Source: Podarcis liolepis (lineage: Eukaryota). Taken from it: a DNA stretch of 64,000 bases. Below, one piece after another: positions 12,811 through 25,172 of this stretch; position 1 is the stretch's first letter; each line of letters starts with the position of its first letter. The notes below the pieces were generated by a model. The model made no database searches and had not been told where the DNA came from. It was given only the letters and a program-made list of their open reading frames with translations. Location of the stretch: assembly GCA_965112155.1 (NCBI GenBank), contig OZ218100.1; one strand, 5' to 3'. Position numbers and translations under genes: made by a program.

Positions 12811-13972
12811 CTCAAGGAAACACAATCCAATGAGGTCAATGCAGACATGGCAGCCGGCCAGACTTAACAGGTTTACCAATGAAAGAGCAGGGCTGTTACT
12901 TAACAGGCCCAGCCCACCAAAGCCTGTTTCTGTGATGATATCTATAGTGACTCTTAGAGCTTTCGCCTGAACAATCTCTCCACAAAGCATTTGCACTGTC
13001 TTGCCATGGAAGTTTAAGGTCAAGGGCCAAAGGGACTCTCCACTGCAGCTAGCAAAGTTAACAAACACTGCCTCAGCACACACAGTTTGATTTCTACGGG
13101 AAATTACAAGATTCTAGCTAACATGGCATTAGGAAACCACGAGGGTAAACATCAAGAATGGGGACAATAGAGACTTAGAAAGGATGGTTTTCGGGAAATT
13201 TAAATAGTCTGGCTGCTTTCCACTCCTTACCTAAACTGTGCATTGTTTTCAAATATGTAAAGGTCACCTCTGACTCTCAGAGGGTAACAAAACCAACTTG
13301 CCATTAGATTCTGGAAGCCCCAACATCTGCACTGGAAGGTGCAGTTTGCCAGGAGCCTGGCCAAGAGTGGGGCATGCTCAGATTCTTCATGTCAATCTCA
13401 GGCACTACATGCTTTGCATGAAGAAGGTTCCAGAATGAATCCCTGGCATCTCCAGGCATGGCTGGGAAGGACTGACACTCTTGAGAGCTGCTGCCAGGGA
13501 GTGTCAGACAAGATTGAGCTAGATGGACTAATGGTACAGCTTAGTATAAGACAGTTCCCTATGTTCCAGATGGAGCACATCAATTATACCTCAAAGCTCA
13601 ACTATTAAAAATCTCAACTGTTACAATGAAGGCAGGGCAATCTCTTAAGATGGTTTAAAGAAAGGTATAGGTAGATTCTTAACCAGGCAGGCAATTTAAG
13701 GCCTTGTCCATACTTCTGTTTGTGCCGCCACTTTCCTCCAGAGAAAACCTGCTCTTTACAGCTGAATCGGAGCAAATGTCAGTCAGATTTTCCATAGATT
13801 GACATTTACTCTGATTTAGAGGGTTTTTTTCCCCAGGGAAAGCAGTGGGGCAAATAGCAAACCACTCAGACCCATGCTTTCTGGGCCTGAAACAAGCAAA
13901 AGTGTGGACAAACCCTTAGCCTTTGCATTGTACTGACAAAAAACTCAAACAGAAACCGAGTTCTTTCCTTAC

Positions 13973-14114
13973 CTACTTCAGTGTTCCCCACCACAAGCTT
14001 GGCAGTTGGGTACTGAGCTTTGAGCACCAACAGTTCCTTGAGGCTTGAGGGTTGAAACCACATCACTCGCTCCCCTTTGAAGCACAGTTGCTTCTGAGGC
14101 TGATCAGTGTGAGT
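13973..14114 (-). CDS. XDH: XDH exon 9 ([19 protein letters not shown]...[10 protein letters not shown]), FAD domain
   Basis: [11 protein letters not shown]-binding motif; 142 nt. Confidence 0.97.
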
Positions 14115-15859
14115 CTGAGGAAACAACACCAGATTTAGCTTCAAATCACAATACATTGGCACAGGAGCAAGAAATCTAGGCTCTGTTTGATTCTTCCTAT
14201 GGCGAAGCAAGACTGAAACCATAAAGCTATGACAAGAAACAGAAAAGTTAGAAGTAGTCAACTGTTACTGTTGTGCTTTGGTGTGTCACACCTTTATAGG
14301 GTGCCTTGCAAAGTTTTCATAGGCGAAACAAAACCATATCTTAGGTGAAAGCAACACCACAAGGTAACTTTGTCCTTCAATATACATGTAGCAAACAGCC
14401 TTCTAAAAGTCATTGAAGTTTAACCTTCCAATGCTTTGGGCAGATCATTATGATTATGAACCTCAGCCACTTTTTATTCCATGTACCTTCATAAAGAAAG
14501 CGAGACCTTTCAAACTTGCTTAAGGAGGGGGGGAGTGTGATTGCCATGTGTAGTTTGACCCTTAAGCAGGTGTTTTTCTGCCGGTACTCACATGGAACTC
14601 AGTTCCAGCACCTCTCAGGTGGGCACCTTTGCCATTATAAGAGAACAAGCTATATATTCGTGGTGAGTTCCGGCACCTCTTTTTTCTAGAAAAATAGCAC
14701 TGCCCTTAGATGAGTTTTGTCAGAAGCATACCTAGAGCAGCTGGAGGAATGAAGTTTGGATGGGATGCATGTGCCAGCCTCATGTTCAGATGTCCCTATC
14801 CTCATAGGTCAGGGCTGAGGAACCTTTATGATGTGGCAGGCCTGATCTCGATCTCCCCCACCCTGCTGGACCAACTTTGAAAAGTGGGCCAGACCATGCA
14901 CCTGTCAAATCAACTGACATCATACTGAATGCACAGGTTGGTCCCACCCCCTAGGTGTGGGTGTGAACTGGCAGTAGCCCGCACCTGTCATGTAGGAACA
15001 TAGAAAGCTGCCTTGTTCTGAATCAAACCATTGGTCCATCCAACTCAGTGTCATCTACACATATTGGCAGAAGCTCTCCAAGATTTCAGACAGGGTTCTC
15101 TCCCAGTCCTACCTGGAAGTGCCAGAGACTAAACCTGGGGTCTTCTACCACTGAGCTTTGCCTCTTCTCCTGGCTGTGCTCAGTGTCTGGTTGAAGACAA
15201 TTATCTGGACACAAATAAGGGTCCTCCACCAAGGCAAGGACAATGAATGACCAGGGGACCAGCAGAGCTTAACAACCATCGCTCAAGGTCAATGGACGGC
15301 CATCAGCCACTCACTACCTCAGAATATCCTACCCCACAGGCCAGTTGGAATGATAATATGGGACAATCATATGTCCATCTCCAGGAACTTCATGAGGAAA
15401 GACCAAGACACAAAGGCAGTTAAGAAGTTGTATATCTCTGTGCCAAGGCTATCCTAGGATTGCTATACCGATGCAACAACTCCAGTCTACACAAACATGG
15501 AATAACAAGTTGTTCTGTTCTCCATTGCTTCATATCTTGGGTCATAGGAAGTGCTTTTCCCTATGGAACTGTAAACTCCCAGAGATAACAGCCCTTCTGT
15601 TGTGTACAACTATATTTTCCCAAAGCTGAAAGACCAGTGGCTCAATCCTGCCTATGGTTTTTGATTCTCCCTCTCCCTACTTGTGTTTAAGTGACTCACT
15701 GCTTAAACTACAGAGGCTGAAGTGAATTCATGGTCTATTGTCCCAAGACAGTGCATCATCTCAACATGTTCTCAGCCCATGCACAGAAGTCAATGGATAG
15801 GTAAATCTTCCATGCAGGAGGAACACCACAAGAAAGTCATGAGAAGAGAACGTTCTTAC

Positions 15860-15946
15860 CAATAACTCTGGTGGGAATATCGGCTCCTGGGTAGGATCTA
15901 AAGGCTGGAACTCAGATGGATTGAACAGCTCTGAGGAGATCAATCC
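15860..15946 (-). CDS. XDH: XDH exon 8 ([29 protein letters not shown])
   Basis: [13 protein letters not shown] motif; 87 nt. Confidence 0.96.
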
Positions 15947-16538
15947 CTGAAGAAATTGTCATTGGTTAGTGCATATATATTTTTTCTCACTGTTAAAGAA
16001 GATTACTATTTGTATGTCTTATACAAAGCATATCAATATTACTAGCCCAACACAGAGCAGTAGTAAAATCCTCGTAGTGATACTTTAAAAAATAATTAAA
16101 ATCCTTGTGATGAAAGGACTTGAAACAATCACAATATTTGTTTAATAATGAACATTTAACTTTTTAATATACTTAACATGGTTTAAATAGCTATATAGAT
16201 ACACATTCCATCAATAGCATGGAAGCACCTTGGTCCACAGAGGACCTCCATGACCTAACAAGAACAACTGCAGTTGAATTAAATTGTGCACTGCTTCTGC
16301 TAACTCCCATTCACAACCTGTTCTCCCAACAAGATCCAGGAAGGGGCTCAGCTCATTGTTCGCCTCCCTCCCTCAGACATCACTCACTATGTTCCAAAGG
16401 CTGCTGGGCACACCATTTCAAGACCAAAAAATAGAGGTATAGCTTTATCTGTACTTTGCTTAAGCATGGCTTGATATTCTATATATTTATTTCAACAAAA
16501 GAAGATGGAAGAAGAGAACTACAGTAATAGGAACTTAC

Positions 16539-16601
16539 AGTATTGTTCTCTTTTCCATTCATGCAACAGCCATTCACTTTTTCTCCACAGCAACCCTGAC
16601 C
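16539..16601 (-). CDS. XDH: XDH duplicated linker exon 7b (GQGCCGEKVNGCCMNGKENNT)
   Basis: 63 nt, phase 0-0; strong polypyrimidine tract plus tag acceptor, gtaagt donor; paralogous to exon 7a. Confidence 0.85.
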
Positions 16602-16847
16602 CTATTTGGAGGGGAGAGAAAGAGCAACATGGGAATCAGGAACTTTCTTACATGGAGATGGAATGTCATTTGTTCTCTCTTTCCATTTAAAACAGCAACT
16701 ACTAAGATATAAGGCACACACATAAAAGATTTAAAAGGACACGCACTATTTCAGATGATTACGAACAGAGAAAATCCTAACAAATACAGCTGTCCTTACC
16801 CTACTTACTTGAGAATAAGCCGCACTGAAATAAGTATGTTTTAAATA

Positions 16848-17089
16848 CAGTGGTACCTCTGGTTATGAACATAATTCATTCTGGAGGTCCGTTCTTAACC
16901 TGAAACTGTTCTTAACCTGAGGTACCACTTTAGCTACTGGGGCCTCCTGCTGCCACTGCACCGCCGTTGTGTGATTTCTGTTCTCATCCTGAGGTAAAGT
17001 TCTTAACCCGAGGTACTACTTCCGGGTTAGCGGAGTCTGTAACCTGAAGTGTTTGTAACCCAAGGTGTTTGTAACCCGAGGTACCACTG
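16848..17089. mobile_element. Tc1/mariner-type MITE
   Basis: TA|CAGTGGTACCTC ... GAGGTACCACTG|TA TIRs; same family at 44219-44444 and partial at 38498-38616. Confidence 0.88.
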
Positions 17090-18019
17090 TAGAGCAAACT
17101 CCCAGGCAGGTGTGAACATGGTTGCAGACTTATGTTTATATCCAGGAGTGCCAAGAGGCAAGTTCTGGGGTACTGGTATACCAGACCCATAGTCAGCAGG
17201 TACCCCAGACTCTGGGCTTTCTTTTCTTTTTCTTTTTTAAAAGTAAGGCCAAGACTCAACTAATAAGGTTTACTAGGGGATACCAGCACAGCACAGCTTT
17301 CCCCGTCCTTCCCCCGGATCCCTTTCACATTCCACTCTGAAGGGTCAGAAGTACCCCCAAAAGAGAATGAAAGGGGGATCAGTCCATCTGACAAGCATAA
17401 AAGCTTGTGCACGTTGCTGAATTCATCCCTAAGTCTCTGACCCTTCTAGAAAGAAAGTTATGAAGCAAAATGTTCAAGCAACCTTCCAAGTTATTTTTGT
17501 GAGATGACCCTGCCTGGCTGCTCCCACCTTTCAGTGTTTTTAGCCAATGAGTGAAGTCAGAGCTGTGATGGTTGGTGCATAATATATAATCATATAGCAT
17601 ATTAAGAGCATAATCATTTGCAAGTTTACTTGAAAGTAAATCTGGGTACGTTTAGTGGTGCTTAGTCTCAAGTTAAGTGTGCACAGAATTGCAGTCTAAA
17701 AGCTCCTGAAATCCCAATACTACAGTAACTACTATTTCCTGAAACCTGACATGGGAATCTCAGAATATAACCGACAAACTTTAAAACCATTCTCCTTTCC
17801 CCGAGAGAATCCTAGTAGTTTTGAGGGGGCTAGGAAAATTTTCAACAGAATTCTCTGTACCCTCAGCAACCTGCAATAGTGATTTGGGGAAAGACAGGTA
17901 TGAAATATCCTAATTGCAGTGATTTAAAGTACATCACACAAAATAATAATAAGTTTCTCCTCTTGGAAATGTATGACGGGTTTAAGAGACAACCAACCTT
18001 AAACCATTAACCAACTTAC

Positions 18020-18088
18020 CACATTATTTTGCTTTCCAGCCATGCAGCAACCAAGACCATTAACTTTATTCCCACAGCATCCCCCATC
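18020..18088 (-). CDS. XDH: XDH linker exon 7a (DGGCCGNKVNGLGCCMAGKQNNV)
   Basis: 69 nt, phase 0-0, tag|...|gtaagt; resembles the mammalian DGGCCG...CCM linker. Confidence 0.92.
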
Positions 18089-19728
18089 CTAGATGGAAAG
18101 AAATGTTTCAAAAGAAGCTCCATCAAAGCTATATTAATTTAACACATTTGCTAATGAAACCATTTAACCATACAGATTTAGGGCTCATTCATTCATTAAA
18201 AGTGGAAAGTAAGGTTCCCATACCTCCATTAATTCTCCATAGTCCGTATGGATTTCTGCTACAAGTCCGCTCACCTTTTCCAGGTGGGCGGCGTTGCAGC
18301 CAGGCATCCAGGGCCCTGCAGTGATCCGGTGGGGGGCTGGAATTGGCACCCTCCATGTCACTGTCCAGGCTGTGTCACTGGTGCTGGGCAGGGCCCCGCC
18401 CATGGGTGGCCCTGCTGACCAATCAGCAACTGTGGGAGGCGTGGCCACGGGGAACCCTCCTTTCGTGCCCTTCCCCGGATCTCCCACCCCATCCACCCTC
18501 TTTTTATGCTTTTCTATGACACAACCTTGCTATGGACAAACGTCAGCCGCCATATTGTTGGGGCCAAGTGGGAATTTTTCCCACTCGGCAAATTGGCACC
18601 AGTCATTTGGCTTTCACCTACCTTATAGCAATCATCACAACTCTGTGAGATTAGGCACTGGGTAAGCCTTTGTTTGGATGGAGGGGGGTTGTAGCCTCCG
18701 CCTGCCCCTCCTCATTAAGGGTATCCTGTTAAAGGGATCCGGGGGTGTGGATTCTGTCTGATGCCCAGACATGGGCTAGGGCCATGCCACAACCCCAACG
18801 GGGACCCCTCAGGATGCCCGTATTTGATTTAAGTCATAGGGCTCCCCCTATTGGTGGTTTGCTCTTAGATGGATTCCCTGCAGATGGGCAGGAGTCGAGA
18901 TATAGCCTGGCTTCACCCAATGTCTAAGCTAAACCGCTCACATCTGTAACCAATAAAGTTGTGGCCTATTTGAACCCATAACCCTAAATATTTGTATCTG
19001 TGTGTTTATTATCCACTAGGGAACTGCGGATCATGCAAATCACTGCCTAAATATACTTTCTCCTCCCTTAATCCAGATTTTCTCATACCATCTCCTTTCT
19101 AGAGTATCCCTTTCCCTAAACAGACTTAAATTAATGAAGTGAACACCAGTTTGAAATAAATTTGCCAACATGGGATATCATCTTCAAGGATGTTTTCTTG
19201 TACCAGTCCTACATAAATGAATGGGAGCCATGGAAGGGCAGAGTGTTCTTTCACATCCCATATTAATTTCAATAGAGTTTGCACCAGAACTCCTCCAAGA
19301 ATCATGATCTGTTCCGCCCCCATTAGAAGTGCTAGCTCTGTAAAGCAGAGGTAGGCAATGTGGAATGTGCCTTCCATATGTTGCTAGACCGCAGATGGAT
19401 GGGACTTGGAGTCCCACAACATCTGGAGGATGCCATGTTCGCTACCTTTGTTGTAACAACATTTGTGGCAAGATTGCTAAAAATGGAAGAGGCACTGGAG
19501 AAGTGAAAGCAAATTGGTTTGTATCCAGTGTTAGTCCTGTTCAGAGTAGGCCCACTGAAATTCAAAGACATGACTAATGTACAACCATTAATACGAATGG
19601 GTCTGGTCTGAGTAGGACTAACATTGGACACAGCAGACTAACCTTTTCTATTTTAGGTGTATAATCCATTGGCATTGATCAAAAGCTAGCCTAACTCTAT
19701 GGAATGCTTTTGATCTCTGGCTTCTTAC

Positions 19729-19790
19729 CTTTGCAAATGTCCGGTAACCCTCCAGAATGGGCCTGTATCCAGTACAGCGGCAGAGATTTC
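19729..19790 (-). CDS. XDH: XDH exon 6 ([20 protein letters not shown])
   Basis: GNLCRCTGY motif; 62 nt; AG/GT boundaries. Confidence 0.97.
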
Positions 19791-20313
19791 CTGAATCACC
19801 AAATCAAGTTACAGAGGTTAGGAGTCACTTAAGGATGTACAAGAAAAAAATGATATTTATTCTGGCTCTGCTCTACCATGGAGGACATTAAACTTTCTGA
19901 GGATATCCAAAATTCACCCCCAGAGAAATGAGTAAGTATCATTGTGGTTCTATATAACTTTGAAAATGGGGTTCTAATCTCAAATGGCACCACAACCATA
20001 ACCTCCAGGTAACACAGAATTGACCTGAACTGTTTGCCAAACTTCCTTTCCAAATGTTTGCCCAGCTTTGCTGCTACATTACTAGTTAATAAATTTTGCC
20101 TTGTAAGCTCTCTACCTTACAAGGATTATCTGAGGGCCAGATGGTAAAAGAGATGAATAACTTTTGTGCAGTTTCCCTAGCAATCTTTTTTAAAAAATAA
20201 GATGATTTGCCCACCTCCACCCTGCAATGATCTGATTCTATCAGCAAGGACAGTCTAATTGGAATGCATGAGGGGGTATGTTAACTTTTTATTTTAAAAA
20301 GGCACACATACTC

Positions 20314-20324
20314 TGCTGAGTCAC
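20314..20324 (+). promoter_or_regulatory. ARE / CNC-sMAF-type motif TGCTGAGTCAC in XDH intron 5
   Basis: Exact match to the NRF2/NFE2 consensus TGCTGAGTCAY; function unverified. Confidence 0.35.
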
Positions 20325-20525
20325 AATGACAGGGCCATTCCCACCACCGCCAAGGATGGCAAAGCAGCTGAAGGCAGCTGGCTTTCTTTTCTTAATATCC
20401 AAGGTGTAAGGTTGAACATGTAACAGCTCATCACTTCTCCAATCATATATGCAGTCCCCTCCCCAAAAAATCAAGTTGTGTCGTGGGGGTTGGACAAAAG
20501 TTAGTAAGATTCAAAAACCTTTCAC

Positions 20526-20652
20526 CTTGGAAAGCATCTTCAATTGCTTCCATTTTGGGTTCAGGCTGATTGCGAAGGAGCGTGTACATGGACATAACAA
20601 TGCCAGGAGTGCAGAAACCACACTGAGACCCATGGCTTTTGGCTATTCTTTC
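20526..20652 (-). CDS. XDH: XDH exon 5 ([43 protein letters not shown])
   Basis: QCGFCTPG motif of the second 2Fe-2S cluster; 127 nt; AG/GT boundaries. Confidence 0.97.
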
Positions 20653-21403
20653 CTGGAAGAAGGCAAGGACAGAAGGCTCTTATTAGTATGACAATGGTCC
20701 CCTTAGTTGATCCAGGACTGAACAAGGTCTTGCCGAAGAAAGCACAGAGTTCAGAGGCCTAATTTCTTAAGTAATCTCTAACCACATCTGCTGTGGTATG
20801 TGTGTAATTGTGCTTTATCCTTAATGGAAACACCAAGCTTAAACACGTGCCTAAAACATACACATTCTTCATTTGAGGATTCACTGCCAGTAGTGATGTA
20901 CTCAGTCATAATCACTATAATATTTCTTCTTTCAGCGGTTGAAACTTTGAAGAAAAAAACACATTCATTCTCCTACCCATGTGCACAAGAGCACAATCTC
21001 GGTACTGTTGCTATGGGTTTCGTGCATTTTTCCTGTGAGACTTCCCAATTCACCCTGCATAGTTTGTCAATACATAGTTGCAATAACTTTTCAACTTGGT
21101 TCCATCAGTAAATGTAATAAGCAGACTCCTGCTTTGCTCCCAAGATGACTACAAAATAGCGCAGAAGGGTGCAATGACTTCATCTTGATGAACTGTATCT
21201 ACTCTTGGTGAAACATACACTTTTCTCCAACTAGAGAGCATCCTCCTCTTTCCTTTAGCCAGCTCCTTGGCTGCCATACAATGCCTGAATTGATTGGGAA
21301 AGGGCTTACAAAACACATAAGGCTTAGCAATTCATTGTGCCTTGGGCAAGGTAATATGGAAGGCCAGGGACTGTTAGAATGTAGGTTCAACTCCACACCT
21401 TAC

Positions 21404-21512
21404 CTGCACTGGGTGCAACCTTGTCTTAGTGCTTCCTATGCCTTCAATGGTAGTTACTGCTACATGGTGGAGAGCACAGATAGGGAATAAACAAGCATTT
21501 GCAGAAAAATGT
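21404..21512 (-). CDS. XDH: XDH exon 4 ([36 protein letters not shown])
   Basis: 109 nt; tag| acceptor, |gtaagg donor; NAC and TTIEGIG motifs. Confidence 0.97.
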
Positions 21513-21524
21513 CTAGAGCCGTGA

Positions 21525-21533
21525 GTTAAGGAA
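21525..21533 (-). other. U12-type branch site of XDH intron 3 (TTCCTTAAC)
   Basis: Exact consensus about 12 nt upstream of the TAG acceptor; no polypyrimidine tract. Confidence 0.93.
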
Positions 21534-21586
21534 GTTGTTCACTTTGTAAAATTGCTTGCTGGTAACACTAATGAAAGCCAATGGGC

Positions 21587-22785
21587 GGGGGGGGGCGCTA
21601 GGGGCGCCTTGGAAGATGGCCGACAATACCATCTATCCAGCCTGCACAAGGTAATTAGAGGCTGATTATGGGGAGTAAATCAGTCTCCCTTGTCTTCCCT
21701 GGGTTATGGGGAGATGCTGCCTCGCCCGCTGTTGCCATAAATCACCCCCGAGTTCGGAAGAAGGACGGGCGGAAAGCCCTCAGGCAGGCTTTGGAACTCT
21801 CCGACGCTGCTTCCAAGAGCGAAACTGGTTGCGTTGCTTAAGAGTAAAAAAAAATTGGAGAAGTAAACGCACATGCTTCAAGTGAGGTCAGGAGTGTTTT
21901 ATCTGCTAAATAATTCCACCACTGAGATGATGAAGATTGGACGGAAGGAACAGAGATAACATCAAAGAATCGCAGACATATTGGTATGTGGAACAGAACG
22001 GAAAGGGGGGGGGACTTTCTACTTTTTTAACATGATATACCTAACAACCCTCCCCCTTAGAAGAACCGCCATAACGACCAATTGCAAGTGGGACTAAAAA
22101 TAAACTGTGTGGGGAAAACAATAAGAATTAAAGGTTTTATTCTGTGAAAGATTTGGAAAGAAGAGAGGCTCTCTTTGTGACGCAGTAAGAAATGAGATCC
22201 AACATGGACAGGCAGACCTTCGTTGCATGATATATGGTCTTAGGGAGGGCGAGTTGCCGATCTGTTATCAGGATGGGATCCTAAATTTGAAAGGGCAGGA
22301 ACCCTCCTGGAGAGACTAATTAACGATGCAGCGGGTCTGGTAAAGTTAATGAGCGGACATCTAGACTGTATTTCATCGGAATGGAACAAGATGGCAGATG
22401 CCTGCTCGAACGGAATGCCTGGACTATTAGATTTATGGAGTGATCTACAAGAGAGCATTACAACGTCCACACAGAAATATAAAAAAGACTGTTTCTTTCA
22501 ATCCACTTGCGGAGAAAACTCGGAGGTGACCAAAAAGGAAAATGAGTAACGACAAGGAGTGAGAAGATGGGACTGGGAACATCATTGTAAACATGAAAGC
22601 AGCAGAAATATTGATGATTGGACTCCGGCCGATCAAGAAGCATGGGTACCCCCCACAAAAATTTATAATTTGGAAAATATTTGGATTTTATGATTTCTGT
22701 TGTTATAATTTGGATTAATTGCTATGATATGTTTGATTTGGTGTATGGAAACTTAATAAAAATTATTTTAAAAAAGAAAAAGAAA
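21587..22785 (+). mobile_element. Non-autonomous L1-type element (HAL1-like), about 1.2 kb, apparently full length
   Basis: 14-bp TSD GAAAGCCAATGGGC (21573-21586 / 22786-22799); 5' G-run and AAGATGGCCG; AATAAA plus A-rich tail; decayed internal ORF. Confidence 0.75.
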
Positions 22786-22924
22786 GAAAGCCAATGGGCT
22801 GGTGGCTTGTACTGAAACTGCATACACAACATTGGTCAGAAGCAAGTTGTCCTAGCAAGCAAATATTACAGAAGGGTATGCAAATTAGGCTGTGTACACA
22901 TTGCCATTTCCCCTGGCTTCAGCA

Positions 22925-23955
22925 TTATATGTAGAGGATATGTATACTTATGAAGAGATCCATGACCTGGAACATGGAAGGCAGATTGAGAATATATGGG
23001 TAAAATTTTAGGAGAGGGAAACAACAGTGACCTTACTATAGGCGTCTGCTATAGACCTCTAAGCCAGACTGAAGACTTGGATGATGCCTTCCTACAGCAA
23101 ATTACCAAACATTCAAAAAAGGAGAGATATAGTAGTCACGGGATACCTCAACTGCCCCAATATCAGTTGGAACTCAAACTCTACCAAGAATGCAAGGTCC
23201 AACAAATTTCTCCATTGCTTCACTGACAATTACATTTCCCAGAAAGTAGAAGAAGCAACAAGGGGATCATCTATCTAGGACCTGGTCCTCACCAATAGGG
23301 AGGAACTGATTGATGAAGTGGAAGTACTGGGAACCTTGGGAGGAAGTGATCATGTCCTCTTGAGTTTCATGATACAGAGGCAAGGGAAAACTGAGTGTAG
23401 TTGGACATACACTCTGAACTTTAAGAAGGCTGATTTCAAGAAGCTTAAGAAACAACTGAGTGAGATCTCATGTTCCGAAACACTCAAAGAGAAGGGAGTC
23501 CAAGATGGATGAGAGTTTCTTAAAGGTGAAATACTGAAGACACAAGGCAGACAATTCCAACAAGAAAGAAAAATGGGAGGCATTTAAAGAAATCAGTGTG
23601 GCTGCATAAGCAGCTTACAGATGAGCTGAGATGCAAGAAGGGCATGCATAAGGAAAGAAAGCGGAAATCACAAAGGGAGAGTACACAGGAGTAATCAACA
23701 GTTGCAAGCCCTCTGCATGGATAAGATAGAGAAATGTGATTGGGCGACAGAGAGAGGGTGGAGCTGCTCAATACCTACTTTGCCTTTGTCTTCACCCAAA
23801 ATGAAAGCAGTGACCAACCTGGTGATAACAGGATAAATGATGCAAGGAGAGAGCTGCAGCCTGAGATAGGCAAAGAAGTGGCAAGTTACTTTACAGTAAA
23901 GGAATTCAAATCTCCAGGGCCTGATGAGCTGCACCCAAGGATTCGAAAGGAGCTT
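22925..23955 (+). mobile_element. CR1 LINE ORF2 fragment (endonuclease to tether), degenerate
   Basis: IGVCYRP, LGGSDHVLLSF, LNFKKADF, LLNTYFAFVFT and KSPGPDELHPR peptides across frameshifts. Confidence 0.88.
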
Positions 23956-24979
23956 GTTTTAAGCCAGGAAGGTGTACTGTACATAGCCTTAATGATATAA
24001 ATCCAACATGGGCTCCGACCCAGATAGAGTCATGGGCTGCAAGGTATTCTATGCAACTAGAAGCTCAAGACATAGGATGGAAGTGATTGCTGTGCCTCTT
24101 GTGTTGTGAGATGGATGGGAAGATACCACACACACTCCTCAAGCGCTACAGGCAGGTATCACATTGGATGTGCGCACAGATATACATCCACGTTCCATTT
24201 GAGCACATGGTTCCCAACCCAGTAAAGGAATTCATGCTTAGAATTTCACAGGAAACCCAATAAAGTTTCCCAGGTCCCCAGCCCCCAAAATGCCGAACAA
24301 TCATTTCCAAAGCAAGCCCATACAAACTACTAAAGCCAACATTCTGAAAATGGGTGAGTTTGATAAAAAGGGTGGGCTATGAACTCCTAAAGATTTAAAT
24401 TAAGTTTGTGCTGCTGTGAAGAGAAACAGGACAAAGGGAAGCAAAGCAGGGAAGATGCGCTAAGAAGAGACCAAGAGAAGAGTAGATTCACTCAGTATAC
24501 TGATACTGAACTTTGGCACAAAACTGTCCATTACATTAAAGCAAACATTAATCTTACTAAGCAAACAAATCTGGGAAAGGCCAATGGGTTTTAATAAGCA
24601 CCCTTATCAGATGCTAAAGCTAGGAAATCAAGATAACAGCAGGGGGCAAAACATTTGGATGTGCCGTAACACACGGTAATCATGTGCTTTGCCATTTCTA
24701 GGAAACCAAAAGGATTGCACAGGCCAGGGGTGATGACGCTGCCATCCCCCAGAAGTTGCTTGACTCCAGCTCCCATCATCCCTGATCATTGGCCATGCTG
24801 GCTGGGACTGATGGGAGTTGAGAGCCAAACCATACCTGGAGGCACCAGGTTGGTTCCCCCTACTCTATACAGTGAGATTGTTGTGTGAGCCAGCCCCAAT
24901 TCTTGGCATTTTAAAAGGAAGACTAACAGCACCATGCTAAGCACCGTGTCTGTTCAGACGCAAGTCCTCAGTGGGGCTT

Positions 24980-25172
24980 GTTGTTGTTGTTTAGTCGTTT
25001 AGTCGTGTCCGACTCTTCGTGACCCCATGGACCAGAGCACGCCAGGCACTTCTGTCTTCCACTGCCTCCCGCAGTTTGGTCAGGCTCATGTTTGTAGCTT
25101 CGAGAACACTGGCCAACCATCTCGTCCTCTGTCGTCCCCTTCTCCTTGTGCCCTCCATCTTTCCCAACATCA
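24980..25172 (-). mobile_element. RTE-BovB 3' fragment
   Basis: (CAA)n tail; LMLGKMEGTRRRGRQRTRW; 10-bp TSD AGTGGGGCTT (24970-24979 / 25177-25186). Confidence 0.9.

Noticed and set aside
20289-20474. ORF with an exon-like end (GGGGNGPVIVTQQ, gtatgt) in intron 5
   Set aside because: Exons 5 and 6 join in frame without it, it lacks a convincing acceptor, and it has no XDH similarity
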